The notes beneath the pieces were generated by a model. The model saw only the letters and a program-made list of their open reading frames with translations, made no database searches and had not been told where the DNA came from. 64,000 nucleotides of DNA. Source: Ostreococcus lucimarinus (lineage: Eukaryota). Shown here piece by piece: positions 39,155-49,518 of this stretch (position 1 is its first letter; each line of letters starts with the position of its first letter). The DNA is taken from NCBI GenBank assembly GCA_000092065.1, contig CP000588.1; one strand, 5' to 3'. Both the position numbers and the translations under genes were made by a program.

Positions 39155-39492
39155 CGCGCGCGTCGGAGCGCGCCGCGCGTCGCGGTGGGCGTCCCGCGCG
39201 GCGCACGCGCGCGTCGCGTCGACGCGCGCGTCGCCGCGAGGTCGCGTCGCTGTGCGGTCGCCGTCGACGCGACGCCGCGGCGACGCCGCGCTGGATGGCG
39301 GATAGCGTATCGTTCAATTCCTACGTCTCACTCATTCTACAGCACCGTATGTCCGAATCAAACAGAGGATCGTCCACGATGAAACGTATACCGTCTACAA
39401 ATAGAAGTATGGAAAACTTGTCTTGACTACGATAAAAACTCGAACGCCGACGCGCGCGCGCGACCGACGCGCGCGAGACGGCGACGCGCGCG

Positions 39493-42400
39493 ATGCCGTG
39501 CGCGCTCGCGCACGCGTGGCCCAAGACGCGCTCCAGCGCGCGCGACGACCGCGCGTCGCGCGCGACGCCTCGCGACGCCGCGACGACGCGCGATGGCGAC
39601 GCGAACACCGACGCCACCGACGACGACGACGCGACGACGGCGTGCGGCGCGGCGGTGCACCGCGAGGGCGCGTTCCTCGCCGCGTTCGACGCGCGCGGCG
39701 TCGAGGCGCGCGCGATCGGACGGCACGGCCGGAGCGGGCGCGAAGTGGGGAGGATCGAGACGGACGCGCGCGCGCGGGGCGAACGCGTCGTCGCGTGCGG
39801 TTGGCGCGAGGCGTCGGCGCGACGCGGAACGCGCGCGCGGGACGCGGGGGGGGGGTGGGACGTCGAGGATGGGCGAGAGGGACGCGATGAACGGTTGGGG
39901 ACGTCGCTCGTGAGCGTGAGCGCGGATGGGGAGGTTTATATATCGAGGGCGAGCGCGACGACGCGGAGCGACGGCGAGTTTGAGGGAACGCTGGAGATCG
40001 AACGCGTCGTGACGTTGGACGACGGCGAGCGGGCGACGTGTTGCGCGAGCGATGACGATGAAATCGTGGTCGGGACGGATAGGGGGCGGGTGGTGTTTTT
40101 GTGCTGGGAGGAGGGGTCGGAGGGGCGAAGCGCGACGTGCGCGCGGAGCGAACGAGACGGCGGCGCGACGAGCGTGGCGTGGTGCCGCGATACCGGTACG
40201 GTGGTCGTGCGGTTCGATGCGGGAGCGGTGTGCGCGCTGGAGATTGATGCGGCGGGCGACGTGCGGCGAAGGAACTGGTTCGATGCGTTCCCGTGTCCGG
40301 CGACGTGCGCCGCGTTTCATCGAGGCTCGCGGCGGCTCGCGCTCGGCACAGCCGACGGCGAAATCCGCGTGTACGACGACGCGATGACGTCGGAGGCCGC
40401 GAAACCGCGACATGTTTTCGGGTTAAGTCCGTGGGGCTTCGGCGTGGAAGACACTGGCGCGTTAGCGCACGCTTCTTGGTCGAACGACGGGCGAGCGCTC
40501 GCCGTCGGTTGGCGTCGGCGCGGCGTGAGCGTGTGGAGCGAATCGGGATGTTTGCTCATGTGTACTTTACATCACGGCGGCGGCGATAGCGCGGTGGGAA
40601 CATCGTCTTCGCCGCGCGCGACGTTCACGGGTGACGAGGAAGTGCCAGAGATGGGCGCTTGTCTGGCCCCGCCCGCGTGGGGCGTCGGCGACTACGCGTT
40701 GTTCGTCCCGGTGCGGTCCGAGTCTGGTTCGAAAGTTTTAGAGTACGCGCTCGCGAAGAGCGTGTCGAACAGTCGCGTCGCCCCTCGATCATACGATGGC
40801 GGTTGCGATCACGATGATGCATCACTGCTTCTTGGTGACGATCGTATTTTCATCGTCGCCTCGAGCGCGACGAGCACCAGAGTTCACGCGCGACAGGAAG
40901 TGTGTCCGAGCGAGTACGTCCAGCGTCAGTGGCCCATGTGCGTGGCGGGAATGAGCCCGAGCGGCGATCGAGTCGCCGTCGGAGGCGTGCGAGGATGCGT
41001 CGTGTTTGACACGCGCGGTGAATGCTGGAGTCAGTTAGGAGACGTGGAAGAGGAGAACTCCTTCGAGGCAATCGCGTTCGATTGGATGCAACCGGCACCG
41101 CCGACATCGGGGCGGCAGCGTAGCGTGTTGCAGCCGGTACTCGCCATCGTCGCTCGATTAGGTAGAACGAGGATGTTTACAAAGTCTATCAAGTTGTCGT
41201 ACGGCATTAGCTTTTACGCCGACGGCGGAAAGGGTGACCTTTTGATGACGATGCCGCTACCATCCGAGGCGACGGGCGCATACGCGTGCGGAGAATTCTT
41301 ACTCGTGAGCTTCTCGAATGGCGAAATAGCAGTGTACGAGGTGGAAGAAATGTCATCGAACGTGGGAGCGATTTCCGCACACCACGTTCGCGAGGATGCG
41401 GGACAGCGACGGAAAACAACCTTAAACGCGGGCGGGCGCGTGCAAGGAATGTGCGCGGTGCCGCCGGCGGCGGCGCCCGAGCGAGCGCCGAGCGAGTGCG
41501 TAGTTTTGACAGAAGCTGGCGAACTCTTCGTCGTAGACTTGACGGATGAGTACGATCAGGTGAAGCTCTTTGATGACGTCGCGGAGTTCTGGGTCGTTGG
41601 AAGCGCGAACGCACCGCAAGAAATGATGATGCAAGGGGACGAAAGCAGCGACTTTGAGAGCGACGCGAGAGATTCGCTTTCTGTGGACGGGGGATGCGTA
41701 TTTGCCTATGGTGCCGAAGGGATGCGCATATGTTACTTTCCGAATGGCGACTTACGACAAATCCTCATCAACGGCGCAACGTCGTGTGACGTTGAGCGCG
41801 CGGCGAACAATCCAGAACTCGAGTTTGATCGAGAATTGTATCCGATGAGCGTGAGCCTGAATATGAATCGCATCATCGGAGTGACGCAAAAGTTTTCCTT
41901 CGCAGATGCGGTAGACATGCCATACTTCACAATCGCACCCAAATCGCACACAATTGTGCCTTACATTTTGCGCAAGCTTTTGAGTTCTGGCCAGCACGAC
42001 GCCGCGTTGCGATATGCGCGTGCCGCTCGACGACAGACGCCGCACTTCATGCATGCGCTCGAATGGTTGCTCTTCACAGCGCTGGAACGCTCGAATCGCG
42101 AAATCACGTCACAAACAGTACTCAAGCAATCGATTGCACTGCTGTCGGAGTTGCCAAATTATCTTGACGTCATCGTGAGCGTGGCGCGGAAGACAGACAA
42201 CACGCGATGGGAATCGCTCTTCAAATATGCCGGTAAACCAAGCGAGCTTTGTGTCAAGGCGTTGAAATTAAAGCGCATTCGTATCGCGGCGTGCTACATT
42301 CTCGTCGTCGATAAACTTGAGGGCGAAACAATGGGACGTGAAATCGCCGTGCGCGTGATGAGAGCCGCGCTGGAAGCCCGCGAGTACAAGCTCGTCGAAG

Positions 42401-43074
42401 ACCTCATCAAGTTTTTACTGCAGCCAGCAGACGAAGCGGCGAAGGAAAATCAAAAGCCTGGAATCTTCAAGCGCGTGCTTGAAGTCATCGCTCCGCCGCC
42501 AAACAGCGTAATTGCGTTAGGCGGGCGCGCAGATCGTGAGCTTGCGCTTGGTGAACCAGAACAACTGTTATTGAAGTCGCACGTCGACTCTCTGGGCCGC
42601 GAACGCGATGTCGCGGCGATGGGAGCTTTTATGAGCGAAACGTCCTTTGACGGCGTCGCTTACTTGAAACACGAGACGGACGAGAATGGTGAAGCGTACA
42701 TCTCCGATTTCGCGGGCAGTATCGAGTTAGCAGCGCGGCGATTACGAGAAGGAAAATTACGACGAGCGGCGTCGAGTCAAAGTTCTCGCACAGAGAGTTT
42801 ATTTCTCGTCGATCCCACGCGCGCCGTCGGATCGAAAGTCGAAAGCGACGCCACTTACGTCACCTCGCTTCTCGCCACCGCGCGCGAGGCGGGTTGTACC
42901 GACTGGTCTTTACTACTCGCTACTCTTTTAGGACGCGCAGACGTCCTAAACGAGTTTTTCACGAACGAACCGGCGCTTCGAGAACCTTGGATGAACATCG
43001 CAAAGCGCGTCGCGACAAACACGAGCGACGCGACGTTGAAGAATCACCTCACGGCGCTCGTCTCGGATATTTGA
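39493..43074 (+). CDS. RIC1: RIC1-like protein (candidate Rab6 GEF subunit): N-terminal WD40-like beta-propeller plus C-terminal RIC1 helical domain
   Basis: ATG start. N-terminal WD-like blades are ...LALGTADGEIRVYDD..., ...WSNDGRALAVGWRRRGVSVWSESGCLLMC.... The C-terminal block ...VPYILRKLLSSGQHDAALRYARAARRQTPHFMHALEWLLFTALE... resembles the conserved RIC1 domain. This assignment comes from remembered motifs only. Confidence 0.5.
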   Translation: MPCALAHAWPKTRSSARDDRASRATPRDAATTRDGDANTDATDDDDATTACGAAVHREGAFLAAFDARGVEARAIGRHGRSGREVGRIETDARARGERVVACGWREASARRGTRARDAGGGWDVEDGREGRDERLGTSLVSVSADGEVYISRASATTRSDGEFEGTLEIERVVTLDDGERATCCASDDDEIVVGTDRGRVVFLCWEEGSEGRSATCARSERDGGATSVAWCRDTGTVVVRFDAGAVCALEIDAAGDVRRRNWFDAFPCPATCAAFHRGSRRLALGTADGEIRVYDDAMTSEAAKPRHVFGLSPWGFGVEDTGALAHASWSNDGRALAVGWRRRGVSVWSESGCLLMCTLHHGGGDSAVGTSSSPRATFTGDEEVPEMGACLAPPAWGVGDYALFVPVRSESGSKVLEYALAKSVSNSRVAPRSYDGGCDHDDASLLLGDDRIFIVASSATSTRVHARQEVCPSEYVQRQWPMCVAGMSPSGDRVAVGGVRGCVVFDTRGECWSQLGDVEEENSFEAIAFDWMQPAPPTSGRQRSVLQPVLAIVARLGRTRMFTKSIKLSYGISFYADGGKGDLLMTMPLPSEATGAYACGEFLLVSFSNGEIAVYEVEEMSSNVGAISAHHVREDAGQRRKTTLNAGGRVQGMCAVPPAAAPERAPSECVVLTEAGELFVVDLTDEYDQVKLFDDVAEFWVVGSANAPQEMMMQGDESSDFESDARDSLSVDGGCVFAYGAEGMRICYFPNGDLRQILINGATSCDVERAANNPELEFDRELYPMSVSLNMNRIIGVTQKFSFADAVDMPYFTIAPKSHTIVPYILRKLLSSGQHDAALRYARAARRQTPHFMHALEWLLFTALERSNREITSQTVLKQSIALLSELPNYLDVIVSVARKTDNTRWESLFKYAGKPSELCVKALKLKRIRIAACYILVVDKLEGETMGREIAVRVMRAALEAREYKLVEDLIKFLLQPADEAAKENQKPGIFKRVLEVIAPPPNSVIALGGRADRELALGEPEQLLLKSHVDSLGRERDVAAMGAFMSETSFDGVAYLKHETDENGEAYISDFAGSIELAARRLREGKLRRAASSQSSRTESLFLVDPTRAVGSKVESDATYVTSLLATAREAGCTDWSLLLATLLGRADVLNEFFTNEPALREPWMNIAKRVATNTSDATLKNHLTALVSDI

Positions 43075-43164
43075 GCGTCAACGTTGTCGCCGTGGCTTAG
43101 AACATTAGCATAGCGTGTAACAAAGAGAAGGATAAACAAAGAGATGTTTGACAAACAACGACGT

Positions 43165-44394
43165 CTATCGCGATTCGAGAAACTCGGTGACAAGTCTTTT
43201 TATTTCCTCCTTACGATCGGACAGAGACATCCCGAATTTGGTTTCCAAATCCTTGCGAACGCTCTTCATAGAAACTTGTTCCATGTCGGCGTTTACTAGT
43301 AACCTTCGAACAGCGCTACCGAGCTCGGCCGCCGTCGGTGGCGGGTTGGTCGGTTCCGCCGCAGGCGCAGGCGCCGGCGTCGGTTCGACCGGTTTCGGCG
43401 GTTCCGTCTTGGGTGCCGGTGGCGCGGGCGCGGGCGTGGGCGCCTTCGCGGGCGACGGTGCTTTCACTGGAGACGGTTCCGGCGACGGTTCTGGCGACGG
43501 AGATTGTTGTTTCGCCGGCTTGGGCGCCGGCTTCGGCTTTTTAGCCGCCGGCTTTTCCGTGAACTCTTCGTCTGAATCTTCCTCTTCCTCCTCTTCTTCG
43601 TCTTCCTCGTCTTCGTCTTCGTCCTCTTCGTCCTCTTCGTCCTCTTCCTCTTCCTCTTCCTCCTCTTCTTCCTCTTCCTCCGCCGGCTCCTCTTCCTTTC
43701 CAGTCAACTTCGCGATTTTCGCGCGCAACGCGGCGTTCTCCGCCTTCAACTTTTTAATCAACGCTGCTTGCTTCGCCGACCCACCCGCCGACGATTTCGC
43801 CGCCGCCGTCTTTTTTGCTTTAGCCGCCGTCTTCTTCGCCGTGCGTTCGCGTTTCTTTTCCTTCGCCGCGCGTTTCTTCGCCTCCGCCTCCTCCAACGAT
43901 TTTTTCCCGCTCGCCTTCGGCGCGTCCAACCACGTCATCAAACGCGCCACCTGCGCCTCCTTCTTCCCTTCCGCCCCGCTTCCTCGCGGCAGCTCGAACA
44001 AGTCCAGAAGATCGTGCAGCGTGTCTTTAAACGCCCTCGACAGCAAATCTTCCTTCACCGCGCGCTCGCCGTCGTTTTCGAACGTCCATCCCGAGAACTC
44101 GCCGATGTCCCGCTTGATGGTTTGTTGCTTGCCCACCCCCTTGTACAGGATGCGATACACAAACTTCAACAGCTCCTCCTTGCGCGGGATCTTCGACAGC
44201 TTGAACGCCACGTTCGGGATCTCGCACAGCTTCGTCCCGCGTCCCGGCTTGACGTCGAGCGATTTCTTCGGCGCGTCGTCGACGACTTGAAACACTTCAA
44301 CTTTTTTACGTTCGCGTTTCGGTTTCACGCTCGGCGACGCCGGCGCGGGCGTCGGCGCGGTCGCCGCGGGGGCGTCGGGCGTGGGCGCGTCCAT
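43165..44394 (-). CDS. DEK-like chromatin protein (DEK C-terminal domain, long poly-Glu acidic tract, K/A/P-rich basic region)
   Basis: ATG start. The SAP-like DEK core is ...CEIPNVAFKLSKIPRKEELLKFVYRILYKGVGKQQTIKRDIGEFSGWTFEN.... A run of about 45 E/D residues is encoded by a (GAA/GAG)n repeat. The C-terminal DEK_C-like block is ...EQVSMKSVRKDLETKFGMSLSDRKEEIKRLVTEFLESR. Confidence 0.6.
   Translation of the reverse strand: MDAPTPDAPAATAPTPAPASPSVKPKRERKKVEVFQVVDDAPKKSLDVKPGRGTKLCEIPNVAFKLSKIPRKEELLKFVYRILYKGVGKQQTIKRDIGEFSGWTFENDGERAVKEDLLSRAFKDTLHDLLDLFELPRGSGAEGKKEAQVARLMTWLDAPKASGKKSLEEAEAKKRAAKEKKRERTAKKTAAKAKKTAAAKSSAGGSAKQAALIKKLKAENAALRAKIAKLTGKEEEPAEEEEEEEEEEEEEDEEDEEDEDEDEEDEEEEEEEDSDEEFTEKPAAKKPKPAPKPAKQQSPSPEPSPEPSPVKAPSPAKAPTPAPAPPAPKTEPPKPVEPTPAPAPAAEPTNPPPTAAELGSAVRRLLVNADMEQVSMKSVRKDLETKFGMSLSDRKEEIKRLVTEFLESR
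43575..43682. repeat. (GAA/GAG)n coding microsatellite on the minus-strand sense (TTC/CTC on plus), encoding the DEK-like protein poly-Glu/Asp tract
   Basis: About 108 nt of near-perfect TCTTCC/TCGTCC-type trinucleotide repeats, in frame with the EEEEEEEDEEDEEDEDEDEEDEEEEEEED run. Confidence 0.9.
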
Positions 44395-44547
44395 GTGTGC
44401 GCGCGTTTTCGTGCGCTCGGCGGCGATGCGCGACGCGTCGCGCGTTCAAATGTGCGGGCGAGTTTGAAATTTAATTTAAATTTAAAAACGCTCGTCGTCG
44501 GCGTCAGTCGTCGGCGCGCGTCGACGCGAAGCGACGACGCGCGCGCG

Positions 44548-44922
44548 ATGGTGTTTAAGACGCTGTGGAACTACGTCAAGGTGTACCGCGCGCAGACGCG
44601 CGCGCTGGAGCGCATACGCGCGGAGAGATCGGCGCTGGAGAAGACGCAGCGGGAAATCGCGGCGATGACGGAGAAAAATGCTGAAAACGAGCGCGCGCTC
44701 GCGTCGTTCGCGAAGTGGAGCGCGGGAGCGATGCGGGAGAACGCGTCGTCGATGGAAGAGATCGAGCGGGTGACGACGGAGATGACGGATAGGTTGGGAG
44801 CGGTGTCGGAACAGCACGTGAGGGACGCGTACGAGGCGGAGGCGCGAGCGGCGGAGGCGATGAACGCGTCGCGAGCGGCTGCGGTGTTTGCGAATCTGGA
44901 TGAGGTGAAGGGGAAGTCATGA
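44548..44922 (+). CDS. small coiled-coil protein (about 124 aa), unknown
   Basis: An ATG at 44548 (MVFKTLWNYVKVYRAQTRALERIRAERSALEKTQREIAAMTEKNAENERALASF...) lies inside track ORF 43768..44922. The upstream part of that ORF is antisense to the DEK gene. The gene is divergent from DEK with about 150 bp between the starts. Confidence 0.35.
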   Translation: MVFKTLWNYVKVYRAQTRALERIRAERSALEKTQREIAAMTEKNAENERALASFAKWSAGAMRENASSMEEIERVTTEMTDRLGAVSEQHVRDAYEAEARAAEAMNASRAAAVFANLDEVKGKS

Positions 44923-45009
44923 GCGGTTGGGGTAGCGTAGGGTAGCGTAGTCTCGTAGCGGTGTTGTGAGTGTACATGTTTTGTAGAAATTGAAAGGCGC
45001 GCGGCGTCT

Positions 45010-48000
45010 CTACTCGTCGGCGGGTTTGGCGGATTGCACGCGCATGGCGGGCTTGGATAATAAGCGACCGGTGCCGCGGCGTATACCCTCGAGCTCGGCG
45101 CGATGTTTGCCTGTGATTGGTTTCGCGCGCTCGCCCGCGGGTGGGCTGGTGTCGAAACGCATGTGCTTGTTCGGTCGCGCGAGCGATGGGCTCGACGGCG
45201 GTTCGTCGGCGTTGACATCACTCAAGATGCGCCGTGCTGTGCCCATGGTTCCCGGTGTCTTCCCAGGAGTGCGACCTGCTAATGGTCGCTTCACCGCGGG
45301 CGTGCGCGCGGTCGTCTTCGAGACGCTCGGTGGCGGTTCGATGCCCTTGAGTTGTGCGATTTCAGTCTTGGCCGCGTGCAAGGCGACTTCGAGAGACTCA
45401 ATGCGCGATCGCGCGGTGGAGTACTTGCTCCTCGTAGCCTGCGAAGACTTGTTTGCTTCATCAACGTCGTGCATGAGCGCCGTGACCTTGGCCTCCATCT
45501 CTTGCGCGCGTTCTTCCGCTCGCTTGCGAGCCGCCTTGGCGGAGTCCAAACGCGCATCCGATTTCGCGTGCGCGTCACCATCTGCGGTCGCGTTGTCGTT
45601 CGCGGCGAGCTTTCGCTCCAACTTTGCAATTTCTGCGTCCTTGAGTTCCATTTCCTCGTGTAGCTTACGAATTTGAGCTTGTGCGGTCCCTGCGGCGGAG
45701 AACTCAGCCGACGCAGCAGATTTCGCTCGCGAAATCTCTTCTCGCGCCGCAGCGAGTTTCTTTTCGGCGTTTCGAATGTCCGCTGCGAAAGCTGAGCTCA
45801 ACAGGCTCTTCTGCTCTTCTAACGCGACGGAATGTTCTTCGACCAGCTCGGTGCGCACGGCGTCTTCTGTCTCTGCACGCGCCCTTCTCATCTCAGCGAG
45901 CTCGTTTTCGAGATCTGTGATTTGAGACTTGTACTCGCGCTCTAATTCCTCCATCGTCTTCGTGTGCTCTTCGTTCAACGCCGCCAACTCATTGGCGTGC
46001 GCGTCCGCTGCCGACGTCGACTCTGTTTGTTCGAGCGCGTTCGCGAGACGTGCTTCCACGTCCGCCATGGCCTCTGCGTGCTTGCGCTCGAGTGCCTCCA
46101 AGGCTTCCGCCTGCGCGGCGTTTATCTTCTCAATCTGTTCCGAGAACGCTTGCGCTTGCGCCGCGAGTTTCGACGTGTGCGCGTCTACAAGCTCGACTTT
46201 CGCATTCGCCATCTCTTCGCGTAACGCGTCCATTGCCCGAGTGTGGCCCTCCTTGAGCGCATCGATCGCACGAGTGTGCTCTGCTCGCGCCGTCGCAGAC
46301 TCACCCGCGAATTTCGACTCGAGTTCGCCCGCTTGTTTCTCCAAAGCCGCCTCGTGCGCTGCACGCTCGACTTCGAATCCCCCCTCCACGTCGAATTTTA
46401 CACTCGCGAGCGCTTCTTCGTGTTTGCGCGCAAGAACCTGCAGTTCGGCGACGTGCGCAGTCTTAAGCTCGGCCATCGCCGCTTCGCCCGCCTCAGTCGC
46501 GGCGCCTACGGCAGCTTCGAATTCAGCTCGTTTCTTCTCCAGCTCGCAGTCGTGCTCAGCCTTTTGAGCGCTCAGCGCTGAATCTATTTTGCATTGCATC
46601 GTTTCCAACTCCGCCTTGGCCGCCGCGAGCGCGTTGGTCGTTTCTTCGTACGACGAGTTCGCACCCGCCGCCTTGGCTTCGGCGAGCTCGACGCGCGCCT
46701 CGAGCTCGGCTCTATCCTTGTCAGCTTGCACCTTGTGCGCCGCGAGCACTTCGAGCTTCGAAAACATCTCTTCCATCACTTCTTTGTTCTCTTCAAACGT
46801 CGCTTGAACGCGTGCGCGGTCGGCTTCCGCAGATTCCTTGGCCATCTTGTGCTCGTTCTCCAAAACTTCCGCCGCGAGTTGCGCCGCGCGAACGTTTTCC
46901 GCAGTCTCTTCGCTCGCCAACGCGCGACGCTCGGCGGCATCGGCAGCGGCTTGGAGAACTTGATTTTGCGCCTCGATGTCATCCAATGATTTCAAGGCAG
47001 CCGCTTTTTCGTCGAGCGCTTTGGCCGTAAGTTCGCCCTCAGCGATGACGAGCTTGCGCAAATCCTTCAATTCCTCCTCGGCGGTGGCTAAACGTCCGCG
47101 ATTGGCGGAGCGCTCATTCTCGGCTTGAAGGCGATCGGCGCGCTCTTGCAACGCCGCGAGTTCGATGCGGACGCGAACGACCTCGGGTGGGTGTTCGTTC
47201 TGCTTTCGAAGCTCTTCAATCTCCGCATTCACCGACTCTGGCGTTAACTCTTTGCGCTTGAGCGCCTCGTCGCGTAAACGAATCACCATCTTGGCGGATT
47301 GCAAATTCTTGTCCAAACACGTGCATAAATCCTTGGCGTGCTCGAGTTTGCTCTTCAGCTTCGCGAGCTCTTCTTCGCTATCCTTTGCCGCAGCCGCGGC
47401 CGCGCGATTCGCCTTCGCCATGATGGCTTCGAGTTCGACAATCTTCGCTCGAGCGTCGACGTCGTTCAAGCCGCCGCCACCCTCGGCGAGGAGCGCTCGC
47501 AAACGCCCAACCTCAGCCGCGAGCTCGTTCGCTGATCCGACGGATTCTTCGTTCGCCACTGCGCGGACTTTCACAAGCTTGGCGCGCTGGGCGAATTTCA
47601 GCGTAGACATTGTCTCCTCCACGTTCACATGCGCCGGCGAGACGCACGCGAGGAGCGTGCAGCGCGCGCGTCCGCCGAGCGCGTCCTTGAGCAAAAACGT
47701 CAACTTGGAATCGCGGTAGGGCACGTGTCGTTCCTTGCCGTCGGCCACGTCCACGAGGGCTTTGATGACGTTCCCGAGCGCGCTGAGCGATTTATTAATC
47801 GCGCTCGCCTCTTTCAAACGTTCACCTGCCGCGTCCGTGCTCTTCTGCCGCTCGCTCCCTGCGAGATCGACCAAGTGCAAAAGCGCGCTCTTTTTTGTCG
47901 TCGGCGCCGTGGGATGCGCCTTCGTGCGCGATTCCACCGAAATCGTGAACACGCTGTGCGAACGCGAAGAATCGGCATTCATATTCGTCTGACCCACCCT

Positions 48001-48741
48001 ACGATTCGCCGCACCGCGCAAAAACGTCTCGTACGTCTGCTCCGCCCCGTGCACGCGCTCCTCGTGCAAATTCTCCACAAACGTGCCTCGCTTGGCGTCT
48101 TCCCGCACGTTCGGCGCCGGTCCATCGTGCTCGGTATTCATCAACAAATCTCGCAACGTCTCGTTATAAATCTCCAAATACGAGCACTTCACTTCGATTT
48201 CGCACGCCCCGCCCGCTTCGATTGCCGCGTTCCTCGCCGACTCGCATCGCTCAAACAATCGCTTCAGCGCGCGCGGAATCAACCCCGCGTTCGGCGCGTC
48301 CAGCGCGTCCCCCTCCGCCCCTCCCGCCTCGCCCGGCGACATCATGACGCAATCATCGTCACCCTCAAACCCTCCGACGTCGTCGTCGCGATCTAAATCC
48401 ACGCCTTGCATCGAGTACGTCTTCCCCGCGCCCGTCTGCCCGTACGCGAGCACGCACCCGTGATACCCCTCCACCACGCCGTCCACCGCGTCGCGTCCGA
48501 CGCGTTCGAAAATCTCCTCCTGCGCCGACGACTGATCGCACACGTGGTCGTACGCGAAACTCAGCGCCGCCTTGCCCGCGACGCTCTCGCGGACGCTCCC
48601 GCGCTGGAGCGTCAGCGCGTTCGTCCCGTGCGTCTGCACGCACGGCGCGTAGCCGGCATCGATCTCTCTCGCGTTCGGCGGTCGCACGCGCACGAGCACG
48701 CGCACGGTGTCGTGGACGTCTCGCTCGACGTCGTGCGTCAT
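45010..48741 (-). CDS. kinesin-like protein with an N-terminal motor domain and a very long coiled-coil stalk
   Basis: The motor motifs are ...VRVLVRVRPPN..., P-loop ...AYGQTGAGKTYSM..., switch I ...NADSSRSHSVFTI..., switch II ...LVDLAGSERQ... and ...HVPYRDSKLTFLLKDALGG.... The frame is open to 49056 (track start). The ATG at 48741 (MTHDVERDVHDTVRVLV...) sits about 13 aa before the motor and is used here. Alternative ATGs lie at 48846 and 49056. Confidence 0.9.
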   Translation of the reverse strand: MTHDVERDVHDTVRVLVRVRPPNAREIDAGYAPCVQTHGTNALTLQRGSVRESVAGKAALSFAYDHVCDQSSAQEEIFERVGRDAVDGVVEGYHGCVLAYGQTGAGKTYSMQGVDLDRDDDVGGFEGDDDCVMMSPGEAGGAEGDALDAPNAGLIPRALKRLFERCESARNAAIEAGGACEIEVKCSYLEIYNETLRDLLMNTEHDGPAPNVREDAKRGTFVENLHEERVHGAEQTYETFLRGAANRRVGQTNMNADSSRSHSVFTISVESRTKAHPTAPTTKKSALLHLVDLAGSERQKSTDAAGERLKEASAINKSLSALGNVIKALVDVADGKERHVPYRDSKLTFLLKDALGGRARCTLLACVSPAHVNVEETMSTLKFAQRAKLVKVRAVANEESVGSANELAAEVGRLRALLAEGGGGLNDVDARAKIVELEAIMAKANRAAAAAAKDSEEELAKLKSKLEHAKDLCTCLDKNLQSAKMVIRLRDEALKRKELTPESVNAEIEELRKQNEHPPEVVRVRIELAALQERADRLQAENERSANRGRLATAEEELKDLRKLVIAEGELTAKALDEKAAALKSLDDIEAQNQVLQAAADAAERRALASEETAENVRAAQLAAEVLENEHKMAKESAEADRARVQATFEENKEVMEEMFSKLEVLAAHKVQADKDRAELEARVELAEAKAAGANSSYEETTNALAAAKAELETMQCKIDSALSAQKAEHDCELEKKRAEFEAAVGAATEAGEAAMAELKTAHVAELQVLARKHEEALASVKFDVEGGFEVERAAHEAALEKQAGELESKFAGESATARAEHTRAIDALKEGHTRAMDALREEMANAKVELVDAHTSKLAAQAQAFSEQIEKINAAQAEALEALERKHAEAMADVEARLANALEQTESTSAADAHANELAALNEEHTKTMEELEREYKSQITDLENELAEMRRARAETEDAVRTELVEEHSVALEEQKSLLSSAFAADIRNAEKKLAAAREEISRAKSAASAEFSAAGTAQAQIRKLHEEMELKDAEIAKLERKLAANDNATADGDAHAKSDARLDSAKAARKRAEERAQEMEAKVTALMHDVDEANKSSQATRSKYSTARSRIESLEVALHAAKTEIAQLKGIEPPPSVSKTTARTPAVKRPLAGRTPGKTPGTMGTARRILSDVNADEPPSSPSLARPNKHMRFDTSPPAGERAKPITGKHRAELEGIRRGTGRLLSKPAMRVQSAKPADE

Positions 48742-48912
48742 CGCCTCGCGCGGTGCGCGCGCGCCGAGGGCGAGGCGCGTCGACGTGTGCGGCGATGCCG
48801 ACGCCGAGGGGAACGAAGCGGAACTTAAACCGACTTTTTTCCTCATTCCCCTCGTCGAACGGCGCGCGTCCCGCACTCCGACGCGCGACGAGCTCGACGA
48901 CGACCGAGAAAG

Positions 48913-49350
48913 ATGTTGGGTAAAACGCTCAAGTTCCAAGCGCTCGTCATCGCGCTCGTCGCGGTGTCGTGCGTGATCGAAGACGGCGCGCAGGCGATCG
49001 CGAAGAAGATTACGCGATGCGTCGTGCGCGACTTTACGTTGGCGACGGTGTCGCACATCGCCGCGGGAGCGGCGAGTTCGACGAAGAAAGCGTTGGCGAA
49101 GGTAATGTTACTTATGCATGCGTTCTCCCTGTTCGACGTGTACGTGCGCGGGAGCTCGTGCTGCCCGACGAAGCTCATGGCGGCGCAGGCGTGCGCCGGC
49201 GCGCTCGCGTACGGGTTGTACGGCGGCGCGTTACCGATCCCGAAGATCGGTGGTGGTAAGAAGAAGTCGGCCAAGAAGTCGTCGTCTTCAGCCAAGAAGG
49301 CGACGCCCAAGCGTGCGAGCTCGAGATCGAGCTCGAGATCGCGAAAGTGA
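48913..49350 (+). CDS. possible small secreted or surface protein (145 aa): signal-peptide-like N-terminus, Cys-containing core, Lys/Ser-rich tail
   Basis: A real ATG gives MLGKTLKFQALVIALVAVSCVIEDG.... The tail is ...GGGKKKSAKKSSSSAKKATPKRASSRSSSRSRK. The ORF overlaps the upstream extension of the kinesin frame on the opposite strand, so the two are mutually exclusive only if the kinesin starts at 49056. Confidence 0.3.
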   Translation: MLGKTLKFQALVIALVAVSCVIEDGAQAIAKKITRCVVRDFTLATVSHIAAGAASSTKKALAKVMLLMHAFSLFDVYVRGSSCCPTKLMAAQACAGALAYGLYGGALPIPKIGGGKKKSAKKSSSSAKKATPKRASSRSSSRSRK

Positions 49351-49518
49351 GCGACTCGTCCCGACGACGTCGATCGACGCGCCCGGGACCCGCGCGCGGA
49401 CGATTTGAACAAGAAGTCCGTGGTCATCATCACCGATTTTATCTATTCCAAACGAAAGCATCTACTTAATCTAAACAGCACTGCGTGTAACGATAAGCGA
49501 GAAGACGTGTTGAATCAA

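Noticed and set aside
38165-39426. Plus-strand ORFs 38165..39382, 38373..39305, 39013..39426 and minus-strand 38574..39317
   Set aside because: All overlap the L-aspartate oxidase CDS or its Arg/Ala-rich 5' end in other frames or on the other strand. They are poly-Arg/Ala translations of GC-rich DNA.
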